DNA of 64,000 nt from contig RKRR01000138.1 in assembly GCA_007571305.1 (NCBI GenBank), forward strand, positions 27,331 to 91,330. The letters are read 5' to 3'. Position 1 is the first letter of the stretch; each line of letters starts with the position of its first letter. Both the position numbers and the translations under genes were made by a program. Positions 9,042-17,207 of this stretch are shown here, one piece after another. The notes beneath the pieces were generated by a model, which saw only the letters and a program-made list of their open reading frames with translations, searched no databases and was not told the origin of the DNA. The DNA comes from Candidatus Poribacteria bacterium (GTDB lineage Bacteria > Poribacteria > WGA-4E > WGA-3G).

Positions 9042-11774
9042 TTACATCGAAATCCCCAACAACCCTCGCGTCAACTGAAAATCTGTATTCCCTTTGCTGT
9101 GCAGTTTTGGCGTATACTGCCGCGAAGCCACTTCTACAACTAACGCCAATAGCTGGTCAACATCGGCAGTCGTCAAGTCTAAATCTGCACCGTAATTAAC
9201 TTGCGTTATGGCATCCGTAGAGACTTGGATCAGCGGCACCATCACATGCGATTGCAAAGGTGCTCCGACGATATGCGCAAGTGCTAAATCTACACCCGTC
9301 GCACCTAAACCTGTCAACGTTTCCGTTTGTTGATCGGTCGGCATCTCCATGATATGGAAACCTGCGTTCTCAACCCGTTGCCCATACGCCAAAGTCGTAT
9401 GCACACGCCGTGTGTCGTGACGTATAAATGTTGCGTTCGCTGGTGCGACTACCGTTCCACCTGCAGCGACGACTCTATGTGTCAATTGCGTCAGGGATTC
9501 CGAGACTTCTCCAGTTATCTTACCAGTTGATGTCACGGCCATGCAGAGGTTCTCTAATCCTGCCTCGACAACAGGAACAGCCGGTTTGTCCGCAAGTTCC
9601 TCCGAAAACCAATCTTGCACCTTCTCAATGACAGCATCAATCCCACCATCCAATTGCACGCTTGCCCAACCGTAGCGTTCCGGCGATATTCCCAATTTCT
9701 GAATCTCGTGTCGGACGTGGTCGTTGTGGGTTTTCTCACAACCGTGTTCAAGGAGTAAACCGAGGGCAACTGTTGGATGTGTGAGGTGTCCAATCATCGT
9801 GCGGGTATAAATCTCCTCGGAACGTCCGCTGGAGACACCACATCCTTCTGTATGTGGGAGCGCAACAAAACGTGATATACCTTGCTCCTTGCCAATATTC
9901 CGCTCGTTGCAACGGTGCGCAATCATCTGTGCAATTTGACCCGAACAGAGACTGGTCGGCAAAATCAGTCCCACTTGATTCGTACGGCATCCATCTTCTG
10001 TTTGAAGTGCACTGAATTGCAATTCCTGAGAACTCGCGGCTACATCGGAGGTTTCGATAGGAATCGGCTCGCCAGACTTCAATTCAGATTCTGTCAACAA
10101 TGGATTTAAATCCACGGGACCCGTCTGCTTCCAATCGCGCCAGAGTGAGACTTGGGAATGCCCTGCTTTCTCACCGACAGAACGTTCACCCGATGCAACG
10201 TCTACCGTCACGTCGAGCATAGACTCACCGAGTTTTTCCATAGGTGTACCATCAAGGTAGGCACCGGCATTCACGTCCATGTCCTTTTCAAGCATTTCAT
10301 ATCGCCCTGTCGTGGTGACGATCTTAATCGTCGGCACGAATGGGAAGTTCGTAATCGAACCGTTCCCTGTTACGAAGAAAATCATGTTAGATCCCGAGGC
10401 TACCTGTCCAGCGATGCTCTCCAGATCGTTACCGGGACTGTCCATGAAATAGTAGCCCGATTTCTCCATCAGTTGACTGTAATCAATAACGTAATCGAGA
10501 CAGACATCAGGATGCCTTTTCATTGCCGCACCGATTGATTTAATGGCGATGTTATAGAGTCCACGGAAGTTATTGCCGCCAGATGGATTCGCTTCTGTGG
10601 AGTGGCCATGCCACGCTGCACGTTCCTTGAACCGTTCAATCGTATTGAGGAATTTGCGAGCTGTCGGCAGGTCACGGGTATTCTGCAGTACGTAGGCCTC
10701 AGAACCGATAAGTTCATCGGTTTCTGCGAGGTTGGCACACCCACCATAACGGATAACCTCTTTCGCAACGTAAGCGGCAAGTGGATTACCCGATACGCCA
10801 GAAAACGCATCCGATCCGCCACACTGCAAGGCAATTTTGAGATGTTCCAGGGATTGCTCGGTGCGTGCGACGCTGTCTACACTGTCCAACCATCTACGAA
10901 TAATCTCTGTACCACCTGCTAAATCTGTGTCGAAACTTCCGTGTAACCGATGGAAATGGTGGACAACGTCATCTAAAGCATAACCCTCCCGTAGCATATA
11001 CGCCTTAAGCATCTCGTTTGTAACTGACTCGGTGCCGTAATCTACAAGCAGTATCGCTCCGATATTCGGATGGACAGTGAAACCGGCGAGCGTTCGGAGC
11101 AGCATATCAATGTTGTTGGGAGTTTTGCTTTCGCCTCCCTCCGTGTGCGTTACTGCAACAATACCGTCTATGTTCGGGAATGTATCGGGGTTACAAATCT
11201 CTCCTACAGAACACATATCAGCGAGCTTTCTTGCAAAGCCGGAGGTGCGTGCAGTTGTCCCCATAACGACGATATAGTTTCGCGTGCCAACGCCACGATT
11301 ACCGGGACGTTGATAACCGAGGAAAGGACGGTCGTGTGCATGACGCGGCACCTGTGTGCCTGATCGGAATTCTGTTTCATTCAACTCATACGGTGCCATT
11401 TTATCGCTGAAGTTCGGTGTCTTTGGCAATTCAAAGGGTAGGTTTCTAATCGATAACGAATCAATCATCTTCTGATTACACACGTAATCGCCCGAGGAAA
11501 TAGAACGTATGGCAAAACCGAAGGGTAGCCCCCACGACAAGAGTGGCTCAGTTTCCGATATTGATTGTATCGCGAACCGATGCCCTTCTAAAATGGTGTG
11601 TGATAGTTGAAACTGCTGTTCTCCATGAGAGCCGATGTAACAGATCCGTGTGCCGCACGCCAATGTTTGTGTGGCAATAGCGACGTTATCGTCTGGCGAA
11701 GGCAGCCGTGCCACGTCGGTAAAATCAACTTCTAATTTATCTTGCCGTTCACTCAAATGGTTTATGTTTTTCAC
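9042..11774 (-). CDS. UxaA-family (altronate/galactarate dehydratase-like) protein with an extra C-terminal copy of the catalytic module
   Basis: SAF-like N-terminus (DDNVAIATQTL..GHRFAIQSI). PFLGYQRPGNRGVGTRNYIVV. The first module has HTEGGES / DYGTES; the second module (last ~350 aa) has HTEGCGVS / EHGCEKT. Confidence 0.8.
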   Translation of the reverse strand: MKNINHLSERQDKLEVDFTDVARLPSPDDNVAIATQTLACGTRICYIGSHGEQQFQLSHTILEGHRFAIQSISETEPLLSWGLPFGFAIRSISSGDYVCNQKMIDSLSIRNLPFELPKTPNFSDKMAPYELNETEFRSGTQVPRHAHDRPFLGYQRPGNRGVGTRNYIVVMGTTARTSGFARKLADMCSVGEICNPDTFPNIDGIVAVTHTEGGESKTPNNIDMLLRTLAGFTVHPNIGAILLVDYGTESVTNEMLKAYMLREGYALDDVVHHFHRLHGSFDTDLAGGTEIIRRWLDSVDSVARTEQSLEHLKIALQCGGSDAFSGVSGNPLAAYVAKEVIRYGGCANLAETDELIGSEAYVLQNTRDLPTARKFLNTIERFKERAAWHGHSTEANPSGGNNFRGLYNIAIKSIGAAMKRHPDVCLDYVIDYSQLMEKSGYYFMDSPGNDLESIAGQVASGSNMIFFVTGNGSITNFPFVPTIKIVTTTGRYEMLEKDMDVNAGAYLDGTPMEKLGESMLDVTVDVASGERSVGEKAGHSQVSLWRDWKQTGPVDLNPLLTESELKSGEPIPIETSDVAASSQELQFSALQTEDGCRTNQVGLILPTSLCSGQIAQMIAHRCNERNIGKEQGISRFVALPHTEGCGVSSGRSEEIYTRTMIGHLTHPTVALGLLLEHGCEKTHNDHVRHEIQKLGISPERYGWASVQLDGGIDAVIEKVQDWFSEELADKPAVPVVEAGLENLCMAVTSTGKITGEVSESLTQLTHRVVAAGGTVVAPANATFIRHDTRRVHTTLAYGQRVENAGFHIMEMPTDQQTETLTGLGATGVDLALAHIVGAPLQSHVMVPLIQVSTDAITQVNYGADLDLTTADVDQLLALVVEVASRQYTPKLHSKGNTDFQLTRGLLGISM

Positions 11775-11813
11775 ATTCTCCTCCGTAGCGTTTTTAATTT
11801 ATGGACTCCTCGA

Positions 11814-11845
11814 CCGCTCTCCATTCCATTACGAGCAGGTTTCCG
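11814..11845 (+). repeat. short dispersed repeat, family E, copy E1
   Basis: CCGCTCTCCATTCCATTACGAGCAGGTTTCCG closely matches 29755-29787. Weaker similarity continues about 35 nt downstream. Confidence 0.5.
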
Positions 11846-11915
11846 ATGAAGTTCAAAACACCTTCATAACTATAGGCGATTGGAATTATGGTAAAGCCCG
11901 AAAAATAGAAGAGAA

Positions 11916-12485
11916 TTACCGGCGATAGATGCTAACTTCGATTGCGTCCTGTTTCACCCACGGCAGGTCGATGTCAAACCAGTGTGTTTCAGACTCATAA
12001 CGCTCTCGGACGTGTTCCAGATAATCCGCCATTGATTCGGCACCGATACCGACGTTGTCCGCTACAACAGTTGCTGGATTTGTCAACTGTGGTTCAATTG
12101 CCTGAAAGCAGGGGAAGTAGTTGTTGAAATTGTTATCGAGGAGCAGAAAATCAACAGGAGCTTGAATGCTTTTGAGGACTTCTTGGGCATCCCCAATGCG
12201 TGAGTCGACGAGATCAGCCATTCCAGCACGCTCGAAATTTGTTCGCGCTTGCGCGGCACGGTCAGTATCTATTTCTATCGTTATCAAGCGTCCAGTGCCA
12301 GCGGCTTTCAACACCCGTAGTATCCAGAGTCCGGAATAACCGATAGCGGTTCCGCATTCAACAATGAGCGATGGTTCCGCCTTTTCGACGCAGGTAGCAA
12401 GAAATTTCGCCTTTTCTTCTCCCAACATCGGGATCCTCTCTGCTTTACACTGGGCTTCGACTTCTTGTAAGACTTGATCAAACAT
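11916..12485 (-). CDS. class I SAM-dependent O-methyltransferase (family 3-like)
   Basis: VECGTAIGYSGLWI SAM-binding motif and LLLDNNFNNY. ATG at 12485 is preceded by GGAGG. The track start at 12497 is 4 codons upstream. Confidence 0.8.
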   Translation of the reverse strand: MFDQVLQEVEAQCKAERIPMLGEEKAKFLATCVEKAEPSLIVECGTAIGYSGLWILRVLKAAGTGRLITIEIDTDRAAQARTNFERAGMADLVDSRIGDAQEVLKSIQAPVDFLLLDNNFNNYFPCFQAIEPQLTNPATVVADNVGIGAESMADYLEHVRERYESETHWFDIDLPWVKQDAIEVSIYRR

Positions 12486-12731
12486 GTGGACCTCCATCTG
12501 AAAGTGATTGTTCTATTCTGAATTTGACACCTGTTGTATTTTTGTAGGGTTTGCGCAGTGCTTTATGAAAATAATCATACACGAAAACCGCTTTGGAGTC
12601 AAGAGAGGGCATTTGGTGCTTCTGTAGGAGAAACTCCGAATTTCCGGTCTCCATTCTCATGCCCCGAAAAAATTTGAAACCAAATCTGGAGTTCGGTGTA
12701 TATTATGGATAGGCACCTCTGGAGGAACCTG

Positions 12732-13331
12732 ATGCTTGATTTAGATGATGAATTAATGGAATGCTACCAAAAAGGAGATGAAGGCGCGTTTACGCTTCTC
12801 GTGCGCCGGCATCAGCAGCCACTCATTAATTTCATTGCTCGGTTCATTAATGATAGGGATACCGCTGAGGATTTAGCTCAGGAGACGTTCATTCGTATAT
12901 TTAAAGCGGCGCACCGTTATAAACCGGGGCGGGCGCATTTTAAGACATGGATGTATCACATCGCCAAAAATCTTTGCAAAAATGAAATCCGAAATCGAGA
13001 ACGACGGGACAAGTACAAGGTTGATAACGTTGTAGACAGCGGGAGTGATGGGAATAACCAAACAGAAAAAATTGACTTGATTGCAAATGCACCCGCGAAC
13101 TCTGGTTTCCAACCGGAAGTGGAACTTGAACGCAAGGAATTACGCAATGCTATCCAAAAGTCAATCGCAGAATTACCAGAACAATACAGGCTCCCGCTCG
13201 TCTTACGTGATCTACAGGGGCTAAGTTACGACGAAATCAGTGAGGTGTTGGAACTCCGGAGCGGGACAACGAAATCTCGGATCAACCGTGCCCGACTCAT
13301 GCTGAAAGATAAGTTAAAACCGTTTATCTAA
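12732..13331 (+). CDS. ECF-type RNA polymerase sigma factor (sigma-70 family)
   Basis: Region 2 (DTAEDLAQETFIRIF) and region 4 (LPLVLRDLQGLSYDEISEVL). ATG at 12732 is preceded by GGAGG. Confidence 0.85.
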   Translation: MLDLDDELMECYQKGDEGAFTLLVRRHQQPLINFIARFINDRDTAEDLAQETFIRIFKAAHRYKPGRAHFKTWMYHIAKNLCKNEIRNRERRDKYKVDNVVDSGSDGNNQTEKIDLIANAPANSGFQPEVELERKELRNAIQKSIAELPEQYRLPLVLRDLQGLSYDEISEVLELRSGTTKSRINRARLMLKDKLKPFI

Positions 13332-13349
13332 TGTTCATAGGAGTAGTGG

Positions 13350-13931
13350 ATGATGAACTGCCTACAAGCTGAGGAATATTTTTCTGCCCATTTTGAGGAC
13401 GCACTTGATTATGAGACGTTGCAGCGTCTTGGCGAACACCTCACAGCGTGTGAGACGTGTCAACAGGAATATGCCAGATTCCAGGAATCTGTTAAGGTGG
13501 TCCAGCAATTGCCACAGATTGAGCCCTCACCCTACTTTATGCCGACGTTGCTACAACGGATCGCCGAAGAGCAACGCGGGATCAGTGGCGTTAAGGGGAT
13601 CTCGACAGCGGATTGGAGGCAACTGCTGGATGTATTTCGCCGTCCGATATGGGCATTCAGCGGTATTCTGGCGTTAATCCTCGCAGTAACTGGCACCTAT
13701 CTCTCTCAAGATGGATTCCTGTTCGATCGAGACTCCCGCTCAGCTGCAGTAACATCTGAGCCTGAACAAATACGAGTTGTGACCCCACCAGTAGAGATTC
13801 GGCGTACCGTCGGAAACGGCAGTCAGTTCCGACCGGGCGGTGTTCTCTCAACGCCTGCACGGCCACTGCAACAACACTACGTCTTAAAGCAAGTGAGTTA
13901 TGCCAACGCGTCCACAGGAGGTGGACTTTGA
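13350..13931 (+). CDS. anti-sigma factor (zf-HC2 type) with one TM segment
   Basis: HLTACETCQQEY zinc-finger motif, a central hydrophobic helix, and a position immediately downstream of the ECF sigma gene. Confidence 0.7.
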   Translation: MMNCLQAEEYFSAHFEDALDYETLQRLGEHLTACETCQQEYARFQESVKVVQQLPQIEPSPYFMPTLLQRIAEEQRGISGVKGISTADWRQLLDVFRRPIWAFSGILALILAVTGTYLSQDGFLFDRDSRSAAVTSEPEQIRVVTPPVEIRRTVGNGSQFRPGGVLSTPARPLQQHYVLKQVSYANASTGGGL

Positions 13932-14075
13932 TTTCGCAGAGATTTTTATTTAACTGTTAAATTTCTATTTTTTTCGTTCCTTGTTAAGGCATGCAGTTCT
14001 TATAACGTTACGATTCACCGAAGACCCGATTGACCTTTCAGTTCAATCGGAGCGAAAACCTAATAACTAAGAGAA

Positions 14076-15230
14076 ATGTACACGATAAGATCAAAACATC
14101 AACAATTAATAATTGGATCACTGGGGCTGCTCTTCTCTGTCGTCATTTCCAGTTTCGCGAATGAGAACGTGCTGCAGATGCTTGAAAAGGATTTTCAGAG
14201 AGTCGTCACTGATGCACGTCCGGCAGTTGTAAAGGTTGTCGCGACACAGGTGATGTCTGGGCCGCTTTCATCAAGCATTGACGAGTTAGCATTTACGCGT
14301 CAAAATATCGGTTCCGGTATTCTTATCGATGCCGCTGGACATGTTGTGACAACAACTTTCGAGATGGAAACTCCAAGCAAGATTGAGGTTATCTTTAATA
14401 ATAAAAAGGTGTCTTCAGCGAAATTGATCGGCACTGATATACTCACTGATATTGCTGTGCTTCGAGTTGCAAATGCACCGCGCGAATCCGCACCACCAAC
14501 GAATGCAGTCAAGTCAAAAGGATCTGATGAATGGAGCGAACTCACGCCTCCTCATAACTGGGGTGATTCTTCAAAAATTGATACCGGTTCCTGGGTCGTG
14601 ACAATAGGGAGCACTTATGGACAGAGTCCCATTGTCTCCTTCGGTATTGTAGGAGGTTGGGACCCCTTACCAAATCAAATGTGTGGAGAATTGATGAAGA
14701 TCAACGCCGCGGTTACGCCCGGCAACAGCGGCGGGGCAGTCGTGAACACTTCAGGAGAGGTCGTTGGGATGATCTTGGCAGTCTTAACGGAACCCGTCCG
14801 GGATAATTCGCCTGCTGACTTGCTGTTCGAGAAACCGAGCGATATAGACATTACGCAATTGCTTGCTCCATCACCACCATTGGGGATCCGTAATCAGGAA
14901 ATTACCTTCGCTCTGCCGATAGAGACGGTTCGCTCTGTTGCCAAAGAAATTATAGAGCACGGGAAAGTCGCGCGTGGCTGGCTCGGTGTTGAAGTTGATG
15001 TCGGCGAGTTGGGGGTCTTCGTTACAGGTGTGATTGAAAACAGTCCTGCACACAAAGGCGGTCTTTTGCCCAAAGATCTTATCCTCGAATTTAACGAAGT
15101 CCCTGTTCACTCCTATGCCGAATTGTTAAGATGCGTTGTCAGCAAGCGACCCGATACAGAAGTACGGCTTAAGGTCGGTAGGAACGGTGTCGAACAACAT
15201 TGTACCGTGATGTTAGGCGAAAAGCATTAG
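14076..15230 (+). CDS. HtrA/DegP-family trypsin-like serine protease with PDZ domain
   Basis: GNSGGAVVN catalytic Ser motif, HVVTT and DIAVLRV triad contexts, a C-terminal PDZ-like GVFVTGVIENSPAHKGGL, and a signal-like N-terminus. Confidence 0.85.
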   Translation: MYTIRSKHQQLIIGSLGLLFSVVISSFANENVLQMLEKDFQRVVTDARPAVVKVVATQVMSGPLSSSIDELAFTRQNIGSGILIDAAGHVVTTTFEMETPSKIEVIFNNKKVSSAKLIGTDILTDIAVLRVANAPRESAPPTNAVKSKGSDEWSELTPPHNWGDSSKIDTGSWVVTIGSTYGQSPIVSFGIVGGWDPLPNQMCGELMKINAAVTPGNSGGAVVNTSGEVVGMILAVLTEPVRDNSPADLLFEKPSDIDITQLLAPSPPLGIRNQEITFALPIETVRSVAKEIIEHGKVARGWLGVEVDVGELGVFVTGVIENSPAHKGGLLPKDLILEFNEVPVHSYAELLRCVVSKRPDTEVRLKVGRNGVEQHCTVMLGEKH

Positions 15231-16303
15231 CGAGCGATCCGATCAAATTCAGCGAGGTATATTTGCGCAATATCGGGATTTTCTTTGATAATCAATAGAT
15301 TCTCGCTATTACGTTCTTCCGCGTTTTTGGAGAAGTTATACGAACCCGTAATCACGATCTCCTCATCAATAACAATGACCTTGTGGTGCATGCTCCCCTT
15401 GTGTCTATCCAGAGTCACGCCTAATCCAGCCTTTTTCATAGCATTGTATTCCGAATAACGATCATCAACCAGTCGTTTCTCGAACACACCGCGTACGTTA
15501 ATCCCTGATTCAAAACGCTCCCGCATCGCAGTGCCCAGTGCATCTTGCGTGAACGAAAATGCCATGAAATGAATCGATTTCTTGGCGGATCCGATCTCCC
15601 TCAGAAGCGACGAAATAATATCATTTTCTGGTGAAAAGTAGGTGTATATCTGTGTCCCATCGCCAAGTGTCACTTTCGGATGCACAACAGACGCGCCAGC
15701 AGATTTCTCAGCCCGCATTTGCCGAAACAGTTCTCGGAACTCCTGTGTGAAGTTGTATGCCAGCGGGACGGAATCTATGAATATTACGTTATTCTTGTTT
15801 CTATATGCGCCGTTGTAGGTCGTGTTATAGGAACCGGTCCAGACGTACTGCTCATCAATCACAATGAATTTGTGGTGCATATAACTGCCGGAGTCTCCAT
15901 CGTCAGCGACGGGGATGCCGACTTCCTGCAATTGCGCAATTGCGTCCTCATCAATGTTGTCCGTTTCAGTGACGACTCGCACCTGTACGCCGCGGCGGTG
16001 TGCTTTAATGAAAGCATCAGCTATGGATGTGGAGTCCAAGTGGTAGAGTGCCGCATCGACCCGTGATACGGCGATAGAAAGCCTCTCGACAAGACGGCTC
16101 TCAAGCGTCGGGTGACTGTCCCCAGCATCGACTTCACTGAAGTAGATGTCCCACGATACGACGGGAGGTCTACTGCTTTTGTAATGTCTGATACCGATGC
16201 CGATGGCAACGGCACAAAACAGGATGAAAAGGAGGGGTAGAAATTTGGAAGTTTTCTTTTTGGGTGTTATGTTAGTTTCATATCCACCCGAATCACTGTT
16301 CAT
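15227..16303 (-). CDS. membrane-anchored phospholipase D-like (two HKD motifs) protein
   Basis: MHHKFIVIDEQYVWTGSYNTT and MHHKVIVIDEEIVITGSYNFS both fit HxKx4Dx6GSxN. N-terminal TM helix. Confidence 0.85.
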   Translation of the reverse strand: MNSDSGGYETNITPKKKTSKFLPLLFILFCAVAIGIGIRHYKSSRPPVVSWDIYFSEVDAGDSHPTLESRLVERLSIAVSRVDAALYHLDSTSIADAFIKAHRRGVQVRVVTETDNIDEDAIAQLQEVGIPVADDGDSGSYMHHKFIVIDEQYVWTGSYNTTYNGAYRNKNNVIFIDSVPLAYNFTQEFRELFRQMRAEKSAGASVVHPKVTLGDGTQIYTYFSPENDIISSLLREIGSAKKSIHFMAFSFTQDALGTAMRERFESGINVRGVFEKRLVDDRYSEYNAMKKAGLGVTLDRHKGSMHHKVIVIDEEIVITGSYNFSKNAEERNSENLLIIKENPDIAQIYLAEFDRIAR

Positions 16304-16312
16304 TGCATCCCT

Positions 16313-17203
16313 CTAAATGCCCCATCTCTGCCGTGATTTCTCCAAAGACTCAATCTGCGCGCCTTGCTGCTTCCACGCATAATGTCCCTTCGGTTTTTCA
16401 CCAACCCAGCGTTCATCGATGGGTTCAGCGGCGAGTTGGTAGCGGGTATCTGCTGTAATCCGGATCTTATCCGAGGTGTTAACGAGTGAAGCGTGCATCA
16501 GAAACATGCTAAAAATAATAACATCACCCGCTGAAAACGTTGTTGTTGCCCAGTGCCCCCCAAATTTCTCGACAATCTCAAGCGGTTTATCGCTGAAGTG
16601 TCCCTCAATCAGATCCCGATCCACATCTGATTTGCCATAAGTTGCTCGGACTTCTTCAAATAGGTTGGAGCCGAGACAGAGCACAATAGGCCCCATGTCC
16701 AGGGATACATCGCCAAAGGGTGTCCAACAGGAGTAGAGGTTTTGTGTGCCTCTGCCCATAAAAACGATGTCGTAATGTATCGGGGATCCTGATTGGGGTC
16801 CCGCTGTGCGAAGCCATTTGAAATCGAATGTCCGGGCATCGCCGCCGAGGAACGCTTTGAAAAAGTTCATGATGGGTTCACCCTCAACAACTGCTTTGAA
16901 TGCTGGCATCTGCGTGAGTTCTTTATTACCCATTGACCCGGTTGATGTCGGTTCAGGGTAATTGGGGTTGAATATCCCGTCCATCAGCGGTGTATTCGGT
17001 GCGATCATCCCTTTTGCTGCGAGTTTCTCCATGATCTGTCTGCGCGCTGTGAAGATCGCGTCCTTGTCGTGTAATCCGCGAATTAAGAGATACCCATCTG
17101 TTGCTATCCGCTCCTGCAGGGCATCCGGGTTGTCAAGGATGTCGTTACTTTCTCGCAACTCGGTACTGACATCTACTTCCTGATGTAAAAAAGGGAGTTT
17201 CAT
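16313..17203 (-). CDS. phytanoyl-CoA dioxygenase (PhyH) family Fe(II)/2-oxoglutarate oxygenase
   Basis: PIHYDIVFMGRGT (HxD) and a distal MHASLVN His. Start MKLPFLHQ at 17203 avoids overlap with the upstream gene; the track start is 17236. Confidence 0.8.
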   Translation of the reverse strand: MKLPFLHQEVDVSTELRESNDILDNPDALQERIATDGYLLIRGLHDKDAIFTARRQIMEKLAAKGMIAPNTPLMDGIFNPNYPEPTSTGSMGNKELTQMPAFKAVVEGEPIMNFFKAFLGGDARTFDFKWLRTAGPQSGSPIHYDIVFMGRGTQNLYSCWTPFGDVSLDMGPIVLCLGSNLFEEVRATYGKSDVDRDLIEGHFSDKPLEIVEKFGGHWATTTFSAGDVIIFSMFLMHASLVNTSDKIRITADTRYQLAAEPIDERWVGEKPKGHYAWKQQGAQIESLEKSRQRWGI

Positions 17204-17207
17204 ATTT

